Below are positions 1 to 9,715 of a DNA stretch of 32,000 nucleotides, one piece after another. The stretch's first letter is position 1; every line of letters starts with the position of its first letter. Source of the stretch: Bacillus subtilis subsp. subtilis str. 168 (lineage in GTDB: Bacteria; Bacillota; Bacilli; Bacillales; Bacillaceae); contig NC_000964.3 of NCBI RefSeq assembly GCF_000009045.1, forward strand, positions 2,970,001 through 3,002,000. The letters are read 5' to 3'. The position numbers and the translations under genes were made by a program. The notes below the pieces were generated by a model. The model was not told the DNA's origin. It did not search any database and saw only the letters and a list, made by a program, of their open reading frames with translations.

Positions 1-37
1 GGCAGGAAGCCTGACAATTTTAAAGGAGGAAATAAAC

Positions 38-880
38 ATGACAACACATTTACAAGCAAAAGCAACACTTCATAATGGGGTAGAAATGCCTTGGTTCGGC
101 CTCGGCGTGTTCCAAGTGGAAGAAGGATCTGAACTGGTAAACGCAGTTAAAACTGCCATTGTTCACGGGTACCGCAGTATTGATACTGCAGCAATCTATG
201 GAAATGAAGCTGGAGTCGGAGAAGGGATTCGGGAAGGCATTGAAGAAGCAGGCATTTCAAGAGAGGATCTGTTTATCACATCGAAAGTATGGAATGCGGA
301 TTTAGGCTACGAAGAAACACTCGCCGCGTTTGAAACAAGTCTGTCCAAACTCGGTCTGGATTATTTGGATCTATACCTCATCCACTGGCCTGTAGAAGGA
401 AAGTATAAAGAAGCTTGGAGAGCGCTTGAAACGCTGTATAAAGAAGGCCGTATCAAAGCGATTGGCGTAAGCAACTTCCAAATTCACCATCTTGAAGATC
501 TGATGACGGCAGCTGAAATTAAGCCTATGATTAACCAAGTGGAATTTCACCCGCGCCTCACACAAAAAGAGTTGATAAGATACTGCCAAAATCAGGGCAT
601 CCAGATGGAGGCTTGGTCACCTTTAATGCAGGGACAGCTGCTGGATCACCCTGTATTGGCTGACATCGCTCAAACATATAATAAATCTGTCGCACAAATT
701 ATTTTGCGCTGGGATCTGCAGCATGGCATTATAACGATTCCTAAATCAACGAAGGAACACCGCATTAAAGAAAATGCAAGCGTATTTGACTTTGAATTAA
801 CGCAGGATGACATGAACCGAATCGATGCACTGAATGAAAACTTGCGCGTCGGTCCTGATCCGGACAACTTTGATTTTTAA
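38..880 (+). CDS. ytbE: Aldo/keto reductase (YtbE-type)
   Basis: 280-aa ORF. GGAGG lies 8 nt upstream of the ATG at 38. AKR hallmarks are present (DTAAIYGNE, LDLYLIHWP, IPKSTKEHRIKEN). A hairpin terminator follows. Symbol comes from remembered B. subtilis gene order. Confidence 0.9.
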   Translation: MTTHLQAKATLHNGVEMPWFGLGVFQVEEGSELVNAVKTAIVHGYRSIDTAAIYGNEAGVGEGIREGIEEAGISREDLFITSKVWNADLGYEETLAAFETSLSKLGLDYLDLYLIHWPVEGKYKEAWRALETLYKEGRIKAIGVSNFQIHHLEDLMTAAEIKPMINQVEFHPRLTQKELIRYCQNQGIQMEAWSPLMQGQLLDHPVLADIAQTYNKSVAQIILRWDLQHGIITIPKSTKEHRIKENASVFDFELTQDDMNRIDALNENLRVGPDPDNFDF

Positions 881-885
881 TGGCC

Positions 886-919
886 AAAAAACACCGTTCA
901 ATATGAACGGTGTTTTTTG
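886..919. terminator. Bidirectional intrinsic terminator between convergent ytbE and coaE
   Basis: The stem ACACCGTTC (891-899) / GAACGGTGT (905-913) is flanked by an A-run on the left and a T-run on the right. It therefore works as stem plus U-tract on either strand. Confidence 0.75.
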
Positions 920-921
920 TA

Positions 922-1515
922 TTATGCCCAGCTGTTCATGATTTCATCAAGCTGCCTTTTGGTCTCTTCAAGCGTGCCGCTGTTATCAATGACTTGATCT
1001 GCTCTTGCTGTTTTTTCCTCTAAGGGCATTTGAGAGCGGATACGGCTGACTGCTTCTTCTTCTGTCAGCTGATTGCGCTTCATCAGACGTTCCAGTTGAA
1101 GCTCTTTTGTCACACTGACCACAATAATTTTATCAACCAATGATTCCAATTTGCTTTCGAACAATAGCGGGATATCCAATACAACAAATGCCTCCCGATT
1201 TGCAACGGCTTCATCACGGCGATTGAGCATTTCCTGCCTGACTGCGGGATGAACAATTGCATTTAAAGCGAGACGTTTTTGTTCATTTGTAAATACCAGC
1301 GCTCCAAGCTTTTTTCTATCTATATCGCCATTTGAGAGCAGTATGTCTTCACCGAATTCGTCAATGATTTGCCGGTAGGCCGGCATCCCTTTTTCTACCG
1401 CTTGTTTTGCAATGATATCTGCATCTATAACTGTTATTCCTTTTTCAATCAGCATATTGGCTACCGTGCTTTTGCCGCTAGCTATTCCTCCCGTTAAACC
1501 AATGACTAAGGTCAA
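922..1515 (-). CDS. coaE: Dephospho-CoA kinase
   Basis: N-terminal P-loop [18 protein letters not shown], then 8 nt, then TTG at 1515 gives a 197-aa protein ([10 protein letters not shown]...). The track start (GTG at 1524) lies inside the SD, so I moved the start. Confidence 0.92.
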
Positions 1516-1530
1516 GAGATCCACTCCTTT

Positions 1531-2163
1531 TTACAATTTCCAGAGCCCAATCGTGATTAATAGAAGCCCCGGCAAAAACGCCATTTTATCGATCCATTTC
1601 CACTTAGACAGAAAATGGCCGGCATTGATTCCAATTGATACAAACAGCGAGCTCATGATTGCCACGGCGATGCTCATCACAATCGGCGAAAAACCGAGAA
1701 TGGCTGCGCCTATACCTGCTCCAAAGGCATCAATCGATAAGGCAAATCCCAATAAGACCGCCTCAATTCCGTTGATCACACCCGATTTGTCGATATCCGC
1801 ACTCATGGGTTTTCTCAAAATATGAATCACAATTCCTAATGACCGAACCTCTAGATTAAGCAGTGTTTTTTCATGCAATAGGTATTCTTTATCTTTTGCC
1901 GGTTTGAAAAATTGATACAGAACCCACGCACCGATTCCAACCAATATCAAACCGCCAAGCTTCTCCGTCACATATACAGGAAAAAACTTCGTGAGAAAGC
2001 TTCCGATCAGCATGGATATAAACATGACAGCACCGGAACAGCAGGCGATAACCAAAATCGCTTTAAACGGTATTTTCATTTTTCTCAATCCGTACGTAAA
2101 TCCGACTGAAAAACTGTCCAAGCTGACAGCCAACGCCAGCAGCAGTATAGAAACCATTTGCAT
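1531..2163 (-). CDS. ytaF: Sporulation membrane protein YtaF (two DUF204/MntP-like halves)
   Basis: 210-aa polytopic membrane ORF. AGGAAG lies 8 nt upstream of the ATG at 2163. There is an internal repeat (LAVSLDSFSVGF near the N-terminus, LGFALSIDAFGAGIG mid-protein). The stop is 15 nt from the coaE start, suggesting co-transcription. Confidence 0.85.
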   Translation of the reverse strand: MQMVSILLLALAVSLDSFSVGFTYGLRKMKIPFKAILVIACCSGAVMFISMLIGSFLTKFFPVYVTEKLGGLILVGIGAWVLYQFFKPAKDKEYLLHEKTLLNLEVRSLGIVIHILRKPMSADIDKSGVINGIEAVLLGFALSIDAFGAGIGAAILGFSPIVMSIAVAIMSSLFVSIGINAGHFLSKWKWIDKMAFLPGLLLITIGLWKL

Positions 2164-2328
2164 ATCCGTTTCTTCCTTTCTGTTGGTGCTCTTGTATCAG
2201 ATGTGAAATGCCCGGGATTCATCACAATCATATATATGGGAAAGTGAAAAATCCGTGTTTCGAAAATGGCATCCTTAATCCAGAGTTACTGATATATGCA
2301 CCGACAGCTTGGACAATGAAGCATTATG

Positions 2329-3159
2329 CTACTTTTTTGTCTGGCACTTTGCGCAAAAATGCGTGCCTCTTCCTCCAACGACAATTTTCGAAATCATCGT
2401 TCCGCAATTTTTGCATGGCTCGTCTTTTTTTCCGTACACAAAATGCTGCAGCTGGAACATTCCGATTTCCCCTTGGGAGTTGATATATGAACGGACTGTG
2501 CTTCCGCCCGCATCAATCGCCTCCTGCAGAGTGTTTTTGATTTCAGCGTGAAGGGTTTTGATTGTTTTATCTGATAATTGATTTGCTTTTGTCTCGGGAT
2601 GGACACCCGCTCTGAAAAGAGCCTCATCCACATAAATGTTCCCGAGTCCAACTACCGTTTTTTGATCCAGTAGGGCAGTTTTGACAGCGCGGTTTGTTTT
2701 CGCAAGCCGGTCTTTTAAATACGCACTTGTAAATTCTTCTGCATCCGGCTCCGGCCCTAACTGAGAAAGCGGGAGCTCGCCCGCTTCTTCTCCCGGTTTA
2801 AATAAGTGCATGGTTCCAAATTTCCGCACATCCCTGTACCGGAGCTGGGTTCCATCCGTCATCGTGAATATGACATGCACGTGTTTATCGTCAGGCTCCT
2901 CGGCTTGATGAAGACCGTATTTTCCTTCCATTCGAAGGTGAGAAACCATAACATAATGATCTAAATGAAACAGTAAAAACTTTCCCCGTCTTCCGATGGA
3001 CTGTATCGTTTCTCCTGCTAGTTTTCGCGCAAATTCCTCCGGTTCGGCAGGCCGTTTGATGATATTCGGCCATCTGATCTCTACCGATTTGATTGTTTTT
3101 CCCTTTACAAGCCCGGTCAGAGTGCGCCGGACCGTCTCAACCTCTGGTAATTCCGGCAC
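2329..3159 (-). CDS. mutM: Formamidopyrimidine-DNA glycosylase (Fpg/MutM)
   Basis: The Fpg N-terminus M-PELPEVET (catalytic Pro2/Glu3) only results if the start is the GTG at 3159. That GTG sits 8 nt after AGGAAG. The track start at 3168 would add three residues and bury the catalytic Pro. C-terminal zinc finger CKNCG...CAKC. 276 aa. Confidence 0.95.
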   Translation of the reverse strand: MPELPEVETVRRTLTGLVKGKTIKSVEIRWPNIIKRPAEPEEFARKLAGETIQSIGRRGKFLLFHLDHYVMVSHLRMEGKYGLHQAEEPDDKHVHVIFTMTDGTQLRYRDVRKFGTMHLFKPGEEAGELPLSQLGPEPDAEEFTSAYLKDRLAKTNRAVKTALLDQKTVVGLGNIYVDEALFRAGVHPETKANQLSDKTIKTLHAEIKNTLQEAIDAGGSTVRSYINSQGEIGMFQLQHFVYGKKDEPCKNCGTMISKIVVGGRGTHFCAKCQTKK

Positions 3160-3181
3160 ATCCATCACTTCCTATCTCTGT

Positions 3182-5824
3182 TTATTTCGCATCGTACCAA
3201 GATGGGCCTGATGCAAAGTCCACCTTTAACGGCACATCTAATGCAAGCGCATGCTCCATCACTTCAGGAACAAGCTTTTCAAGAATTTCAATTTCTTCCT
3301 TTGGCGCCTCAAAAATCAATTCATCGTGTACTTGAAGCAGAAGCCTTGCTTTCAACTGTTTTTCTTTCAGCTTGGCAGCCATGTCAATCATGGCTTTTTT
3401 GATAATATCAGCGGCGCTTCCTTGAATCGGCGTATTCATGGCCGTCCGCTCCGCAAAACTTCGGATATTAAAGTTCCGGCTCGTCAGCTCAGGGATGTAG
3501 CGGCGGCGATGCATAAGCGTTGTTACGTATCCTTTTTGTTTCGCTTCCTGTACTGAATCTTCCATGTACGCTTTTACGCCTTGGAAGCTTTCCAGATAGC
3601 GGTCGATAAATGCTCCCGCTTCCTTCCGGGTAATGCCGAGGTTCTGTGACAGACCGTAATCGCTGATCCCGTAAACAATGCCAAAGTTGACCGCTTTCGC
3701 CTGGCGTCTCATCGCAGATGTCACTTCATCCTTAGCGACATGGAACACATCCATTGCCGTTTTCGTGTGAATATCCATATCATTAGTAAAAGCTTCGATC
3801 AGATTTTCATCCTTTGAAATATGGGCAAGCACCCGCAGCTCGATTTGTGAATAATCGGCTGCAAAAATGAGCCAGTCTTTTTCAGACGGCACAAAAGCTT
3901 GGCGAATTTTCCGCCCTTCCTCAAGCCTGATCGGAATGTTTTGCAGGTTCGGATCAGTCGAGCTGAGACGGCCAGTTTGCGTTAAGGCCTGGTTAAATCG
4001 CGTGTGCACTTTATGCGAATCCGGTCTCGTCACCTTTAAAAGCCCTTCGATATATGTTGATTGAAGCTTGCCAATTTGTCTGTACTGTAAAATATAGTCG
4101 ACAATATCATGCTTGTCAGCCAGCTTTTCAAGCACATCGGCAGACGTAGAATAGCCTGTTTTCGTTTTCTTTACGACAGGAAGGCCGATCTTTTCAAATA
4201 AGATGACGCCTAGCTGTTTCGGAGAATTGATGTTAAACGGCTCTCCCGCAATCTCATGGATTTTTTCTTCATATTCCTTCAGCTTCGCACCCAGTTCTTC
4301 ACCCATCCGTTTTAAACGGTCAACATCGACCTTGACGCCAGTTGATTCCATTTCGCCAAGAATAAGCGCAAGAGGCATTTCCAGCTCTTCAAACAGTTCA
4401 AGCTGGTCGTTGTTTTCCAGCTCTTGAACGAGCTTTTCCCGAAGGCTTTGAATCGCTAACGCTTTTCGGCCAAGGTGCTCAGACAGTACGTCTTCTGACG
4501 GCACTGCCCGTTTTGCTCCTTTTCCATAAACTGATTCATCACTTGAAACGATATGCAGGCCGTAATCCTTAGCCACACTCGCAACGTCGTCATATGAATT
4601 GCCCGGGTTGATGATATAAGCCGCAAGGAGCGTATCAAACTCGGCTCCTTTCAGCTCAATGCCCTGCCAGCGCAAAGCGACAACGGCCCGCTTGCTGTCG
4701 AAGACCCATTTCTTCTGCTCGTCATTTTCCACCCATTCTTTAAACACCTCAGACTCAACGGCAATGTCTTTCGGAATGAAATAAGCTCCCGTTTCATTTA
4801 CGATCGAAAATCCGAGGATCGGCTCTTCATGATAATTATCGCCAATCTGTTCAACGACAAATGCGGATGGAGAAACCAATATATCGCTTGTCACGTCTGT
4901 GACTGTTTTGACATTAATGTCTTCCAACGATTGATCCTGTTCTGCTTCTGCACTGTCTTCTCCAAGCCGTTCAAGAAGCGTGTTGAAGCCAAGATCTTTA
5001 AAGATGGCAATGACCTGTTCACGATTAAAGCCTTGATATTCCAGGCCGGAAACAGATACCTCAATCGGAGCATCCGTCATAATTGTCGCAAGCTCCTTGC
5101 TCATCAATGCCTGATCCTTAAACTCCTCAAGCTTTTCCTTCAATTTCTTTCCGCTCACCTCGTCAATGGACTCCAGCAGCTTTTCAACGGAATCAAATTG
5201 TTTTAAAAGCTTAATCGCAGTCTTTTCTCCGACGCCGGGCACACCCGGAATATTATCTGAGGAATCGCCCATCAGACCCTTCATGTCAATGATTTGTTCA
5301 GGCGTAAGCCCATATTTCTCTTTGACATGCTCCGGTGTGTAAAATTCAACATCGGTAATTCCCTTTCTCGTAATGGCAACTGTCGTTTTGTCCGTTGCCA
5401 GCTGGGTTAAATCCTTATCTCCTGAGAAAACCTTAACTTCAAATCCGTCTTTTTCAGCCGATTTGGCCAGTGTGCCGATAATATCATCCGCTTCATATTG
5501 TTCCAGTTCATAGCGGCTGATCTGGTAGGCATCCAGCAGCTCGCGGATAAACGGCATTTGTTCGGAAAGCTCAGGCGGGGTTTTCTGTCTGCCGCCTTTA
5601 TATTCTTTAAATGTGCCGTGACGAAATGTTGTTTTCCCGGCATCAAACGCAACCAGCATGTGCGTCGGTTTTTCATCCTCAAGCATTTTCATCAAAATCA
5701 TCGCAAAGCCGTATACAGCATTCGTATGAACACCTTTATCATTGCTTAACAGCGGCAATGCAAAAAACGCCCGGTAAGCCAGACTGTTTCCGTCTACAAG
5801 CACTAATTTTTTTCGTTCCGTCAT
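3182..5824 (-). CDS. polA: DNA polymerase I
   Basis: 880 aa. It has a 5' nuclease domain (LVLVDGNSLAYRAFFA), a central exonuclease-like domain and pol-A motifs (DYSQIELRVLA, QVHDELIF). A strong SD (AGGAGG) lies upstream of the ATG at 5824. The stop is 22 nt from the mutM start. Confidence 0.97.
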   Translation of the reverse strand: MTERKKLVLVDGNSLAYRAFFALPLLSNDKGVHTNAVYGFAMILMKMLEDEKPTHMLVAFDAGKTTFRHGTFKEYKGGRQKTPPELSEQMPFIRELLDAYQISRYELEQYEADDIIGTLAKSAEKDGFEVKVFSGDKDLTQLATDKTTVAITRKGITDVEFYTPEHVKEKYGLTPEQIIDMKGLMGDSSDNIPGVPGVGEKTAIKLLKQFDSVEKLLESIDEVSGKKLKEKLEEFKDQALMSKELATIMTDAPIEVSVSGLEYQGFNREQVIAIFKDLGFNTLLERLGEDSAEAEQDQSLEDINVKTVTDVTSDILVSPSAFVVEQIGDNYHEEPILGFSIVNETGAYFIPKDIAVESEVFKEWVENDEQKKWVFDSKRAVVALRWQGIELKGAEFDTLLAAYIINPGNSYDDVASVAKDYGLHIVSSDESVYGKGAKRAVPSEDVLSEHLGRKALAIQSLREKLVQELENNDQLELFEELEMPLALILGEMESTGVKVDVDRLKRMGEELGAKLKEYEEKIHEIAGEPFNINSPKQLGVILFEKIGLPVVKKTKTGYSTSADVLEKLADKHDIVDYILQYRQIGKLQSTYIEGLLKVTRPDSHKVHTRFNQALTQTGRLSSTDPNLQNIPIRLEEGRKIRQAFVPSEKDWLIFAADYSQIELRVLAHISKDENLIEAFTNDMDIHTKTAMDVFHVAKDEVTSAMRRQAKAVNFGIVYGISDYGLSQNLGITRKEAGAFIDRYLESFQGVKAYMEDSVQEAKQKGYVTTLMHRRRYIPELTSRNFNIRSFAERTAMNTPIQGSAADIIKKAMIDMAAKLKEKQLKARLLLQVHDELIFEAPKEEIEILEKLVPEVMEHALALDVPLKVDFASGPSWYDAK

Positions 5825-5887
5825 TCAATTTCCTCCTAAGAAGCCTCAGGCTTCCATTCATCTCTTACATAGTCATTAGCTCCTCTT

Positions 5888-5896
5888 ATTTTAACA
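5888..5896 (-). promoter_or_regulatory. Candidate extended -10 element (TGTTAAAAT) for polA
   Basis: The minus strand reads TGtTAAAAT about 65 nt upstream of the polA ATG. There is no good -35. Motif reading only. Confidence 0.3.
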
Positions 5897-5940
5897 AAGT
5901 TCAATTTGAAAGGAAAATACGTGAACTATAAGAGAAGACA

Positions 5941-5975
5941 CAAAAAAGGACGGGAACACAAATAGGTTCCCGCCG
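5941..5975 (-). terminator. Intrinsic terminator of phoPR
   Basis: On the minus strand the stem CGGGAAC / GTTCCCG has an 8-nt loop. It is followed by TCCTTTTTTGTG. Confidence 0.8.
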
Positions 5976-6024
5976 TCAAAATTGGCTCCTTGGATGAAGG
6001 GGTTCTACTACATCCTACCAGCAT

Positions 6025-6058
6025 AGGTTTAACAGTGCATGAAGATATTGTTAAACCT
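6025..6058. repeat. Perfect 10-bp inverted repeat AGGTTTAACA-N14-TGTTAAACCT just downstream of the phoR stop
   Basis: Hand-verified complementarity of 6025-6034 with 6049-6058. No adjacent U-tract on the minus strand. Confidence 0.8.
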
Positions 6059-6067
6059 TTGTAAACA

Positions 6068-7807
6068 TTAGGCGGACTTTTCAGCGGCCCGTTTCAGCGT
6101 CACGGTAAAGACAGTTCCCCGTCCAAGCTCGCTTGTGACATCAATTTTCCCTTCATGAGCCTCTATTAAATGCTTGACAATCGCTAGGCCCAGCCCGGTT
6201 CCGCCCGAATTTCTGCTTCTGTCTTTATCTACACGGTAAAAGCGTTCAAAGATGCGCGGAATTTCTTCTTTCTGAATTCCGATTCCAGAATCGGCAACCT
6301 CAATCTGAATGTCTTTTTCTCTGGGCTTTACATTGATAGCCACGGAGCCCCCCTCAGGCGTGTAGGTTAATGCATTGTTTACGAGATTAAGAAATACCTG
6401 TTTCAGCCTGTACGGGTCACCAGATACATATTGAGGGTCTTTCGGGACATTCAGGTGCAAGGAGATGCCTTTCTCATCCGCCTTATGCTTCAGAAGCGTT
6501 TCAATCTCACCAAGCATTTTGGCCGGCTCAAACGTTTCGATACTGAGCGTGAAATTTTGCTGCTCGATTTTTGAGAGATCGAGCAAATCCTGAACCAAAG
6601 ACTGAAGCCTTTCGCTTTCCTTAAGAATAATAGAGAGAAATTCAGAAAGCGCCTCTTTGTCTTCCATCGCCCCGTCCAATAACGTCTCCGTAAACCCTTT
6701 TATGGACGTAATCGGTGTTTTCAGCTCATGAGAAACATTGGCCACAAAATCCTTCCTCATCTGCTCTAATTTCTTCGTTTCCGTCATGTCATGGAAAACG
6801 AGCACAATTCCTTTCCATTCATCGTCCGGCCCCATAATCGGAACGCCGTCCACTTCAAAATAACGCCGTTCTATTTTGATCGGCAGTCTTAACAGCTTGC
6901 ATTTCTTTGTCTCCGTCATAAAAATGTCTTCGACAAGCTGGATCACTTCTTCATGTTCAAATGCATCGTGATAAAGACGGCGCAGCATATGATTCGGATT
7001 GATATGAAACTGCTTGGCGTAAGACCTGTTTACGAGATTAATAAAGCCTCTTCCGTCGATCATAATCAGCCCGGAGCCAATGTTTTCAATGACTGTCAGC
7101 AGCCGATCCCGCTGCATTTCCTGCGTTCGCGTCATTTCCATCAGATCAATGGCAAGGCTGTTCATCGCATGTCCTAGCTTATCAGAACGCCTAATATAGC
7201 CGCCGTACGTCCGTGCATCGTAGTTGCCCTTAGAGAGTTCTGTGGCTACATTTGTCGCTGACTCAATTGACCTTTTATAACGTGAGGTCATGCTGGAATA
7301 AAAATAAACAATGACGATAAATGCGGTACAAAGACTGGCCGTCAGCATCCCCCACAATTCGCCTTTTAAGCCGTCGCTTTTTTCAGAGGCGGAAAGCAGC
7401 ACATATCCTGTTTTTTCACCTTCGCTTCTAAGTGAAAGTCCGTAATAAAGCTTGTTATCTGTTGTTGACAGAATACCCTCATGGCCAGAAACAAGCGCCT
7501 GCACCTTTTGGGAATCAGCCGATCTACCGTTTGACCCATACAGCACCTTACCGTCTGTATCGATAACGGATGCGCTCACATCAAGCGCGCCGCCTGCATC
7601 TTTAATGATTTTCTCATTTGCTTGATTATTCAGATTGCCGGCATCAAGAAGCGAAGCCAAGTATTTTGCTTCTTTTTCAATGTGTTCCTCTGCTTTCCTT
7701 TGATCAGATGTTTCAAAAAGCTGCTGTAAAAACAGCCCGAGGACACAAAACACCAGAATCATACAGACAACGAATACAGAAAAAAGGCGCACACGGTATT
7801 TATTCAT
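6068..7807 (-). CDS. phoR: Phosphate-sensing histidine kinase PhoR
   Basis: 579 aa. N-terminal TM segments, H-box [14 protein letters not shown]-box [11 protein letters not shown]-boxes DSGIGI and [11 protein letters not shown]. Its ATG overlaps the phoP stop by 8 nt (ATGAATAA). Confidence 0.96.
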
Positions 7808-8522
7808 TCATTTTTGGCTCCTCCAGTTTATACCCCAATCCCCTAATCGTTTTAATGTAGATCGGTTTTTTGGTATTGTTTTCAATTTTGTCGCGAAGAT
7901 GGCTGATGTGCACATCAACAATTCTCGTATCTCCGGCAAAATCATAATTCCAGACTGCGCTCAGCAGCAGGTCTCTTGTCAGAACTCTGCCTTTATGTCT
8001 GCCTAAATAGAGCAGCAGTTCGAATTCTTTCGGTGTCAGTTCAAGCTGACTTTCTTTAAAGTACGCTTCATAATGATCAGGCAGGATTTTCAGATCGCCG
8101 ATTACGATCTGGCCTTCCATTTCATCGTTCTTCATCTCACTAGAGGGCGCAGCTATTTCCGAACGCCTTAAAATCGCTTTGACTCTCGCATTTACTTCCC
8201 TTGGACTGAACGGCTTGGTCATATAATCATCAGCACCGAGCTCCAGCCCTAATACTTTGTCGAATTCCTCATCCTTCGCTGTCAGCATTAAAATGGGAAA
8301 CATCAGTTTTTGCTGTCTCAGCTGCTTGCATACTTCGATTCCGTCCAATTTTGGAAGCATCACATCAAGCACAATCAAATCAGGTTTCTCTGTTTCCGCT
8401 TTTTTGAGTGCTTCTTCCCCATCCGAGGCGGTAATGACATCATAGCCTGACCGTTCCAAATTGTACTGTAAAAGAGTAACAATAGATTCTTCATCATCCA
8501 CAACTAAAATTTTCTTGTTCAT
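7800..8522 (-). CDS. phoP: OmpR-family response regulator PhoP
   Basis: 240 aa. Receiver domain ([21 protein letters not shown]) plus a winged-helix C-terminus ([22 protein letters not shown]). GGAGG lies upstream of the ATG. Confidence 0.97.
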
Positions 8523-8689
8523 GCTGTGCCTCCAGTATTATAATTCCCCGACATCCTATTTCTCTATTTTATGTCATCTTAACATGTTTCATGATTTTAT
8601 TTTAGCGAAAGCAGGACATTCCGACAATTCGCCTTTTACATCATTTTTAAAAGAAATAAAGACGTTTATGATAGCGCTTTCATTTATAG
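8523..8689 (-). promoter_or_regulatory. phoPR promoter/leader region
   Basis: A 167-bp AT-rich gap between the mdh terminator and phoP. The minus strand carries a perfect TATAAT just upstream of the phoP SD, plus TTAAGA/TAAAAT-type hexamers. phoPR is known to be autoregulated from several promoters. I cannot place individual sites. Confidence 0.5.
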
Positions 8690-8726
8690 TAAAAAGAGAA
8701 AGGCTGTATTAAGCAAGCCTTTCTCT
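8690..8726 (-). terminator. Intrinsic terminator after mdh (end of citZ-icd-mdh)
   Basis: Perfect 11-bp stem AGAGAAAGGCT (8695-8705) / AGCCTTTCTCT (8716-8726) with a 10-nt loop. A T-run follows on the minus strand. Also T-rich on the plus side. Confidence 0.85.
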
Positions 8727-8733
8727 CTTTTTA

Positions 8734-9672
8734 TTAGGATAATACTTTCATGACATTTTTGACAGATTCAACTGATTTATTCAGCTGCGCTCTTTCATAG
8801 TCTGTCAGTTCAAGTTCAATGATTTGCTCAAGACCGTTGCCGCCTACAATTGTAGGAACACCAAGGTAGATGCCTTCATAGCCGTATTCCCCTTCAAGAT
8901 AAGCAATTGTAGGAAGGACGCGGCGCTGATCTTTCAAGATCGCTTCGACCATTTCTGTCAGAGAAGCCGCAGGCGCATAATACGCGCTTCCGTTTCCAAG
9001 AAGATTCACGATTTCGCCTCCGCCTTTTCTAGTGCGCTCCACAATTGCGTCAATCCGTTCTTTCGGAATAAGAGTTTCAAGCGGGATACCGCCAGCATAA
9101 GAATAACGCACAAGCGGAACCATATCGTCACCGTGTCCGCCGAGTACGAAACCAGTCACATCTTTCACTGACAGGTTTAATTCCTCTGCCACAAATGTTC
9201 TGAATCTTGCCGTATCAAGCACACCTGACTGGCCGATTACACGCTCTTTAGGGAAGCCTGATTCTTTGTACACCGCGTATGTCATTGCATCAACAGGATT
9301 TGTCAGCACCACAATAATAGAGTCAGGAGAATATTTCACGATTTCCTGCGTAACGCTTCTCATAATCTTTTCGTTTGTAGAGACCAGATCATCTCTGCTC
9401 ATACCAGGTTTTCTTGCGATACCGGCTGTAATGACAACAATGTCAGAGCCGGCTGTATCCTCGTAATTGGATGTTCCCGTAATTTTTGCGTCAAAGCCTT
9501 GAACCGGGCTTGCTTCAAGCATATCAAGCGCTTTTCCCTTTGTCGGGTTCTCCAATTGCGGAATGTCAACAAGAACAACGTCTGCCAGCTCTTTTTGAGC
9601 GATTAAAAATGCAGTTGTAGCTCCGGTAAAACCTGCTCCGATAACAGAAACTTTTTTACGAGTATTTCCCAT
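8734..9672 (-). CDS. mdh: Malate dehydrogenase
   Basis: 312 aa. Rossmann motif [12 protein letters not shown] and LDH/MDH family core. AAGGAG lies 9 nt upstream of the ATG. Confidence 0.97.
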   Translation of the reverse strand: MGNTRKKVSVIGAGFTGATTAFLIAQKELADVVLVDIPQLENPTKGKALDMLEASPVQGFDAKITGTSNYEDTAGSDIVVITAGIARKPGMSRDDLVSTNEKIMRSVTQEIVKYSPDSIIVVLTNPVDAMTYAVYKESGFPKERVIGQSGVLDTARFRTFVAEELNLSVKDVTGFVLGGHGDDMVPLVRYSYAGGIPLETLIPKERIDAIVERTRKGGGEIVNLLGNGSAYYAPAASLTEMVEAILKDQRRVLPTIAYLEGEYGYEGIYLGVPTIVGGNGLEQIIELELTDYERAQLNKSVESVKNVMKVLS

Positions 9673-9715
9673 GTCTCTCTTCTCCTTTATGGCTAGTTTT
9701 AGGCTTTTTCCTTGC

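Noticed and set aside
1-14. A possible 3' end of the upstream ytbD gene (frame ...CAG GAA GCC TGA).
   Set aside because: Only four codons are visible, which is too little to support a feature.
5865-5887. An SD-like AAGAGGAG followed by ATG-ACT-ATG-TAA (a 3-codon or start-stop mini-ORF) upstream of polA.
   Set aside because: My best polA -10 candidate (5888-5896) sits immediately upstream, so the SD-like sequence would be at or before the transcript 5' end. The pattern is also too short to separate from chance.
5926-5991. A 17-codon minus-strand micro-ORF (AAGGAG, 6 nt, TTG; MTAGTYLCSRPFLCLLL) in the phoR 3' UTR.
   Set aside because: Its coding sequence is simply the phoPR terminator stem and U-tract read as codons. 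It has a TTG start and no independent support. It could only be rescued by ribosome-profiling evidence.
6029-6056. Three hexamers (TTAACA, TGAAGA, TTAAAC) at 11-bp spacing, read as PhoP boxes.
   Set aside because: Only one hexamer matches the consensus well, and the two perfect TTAACA copies are inverted, not direct. The site is downstream of phoR rather than in a promoter. I kept it only as a caveat within the inverted-repeat finding.
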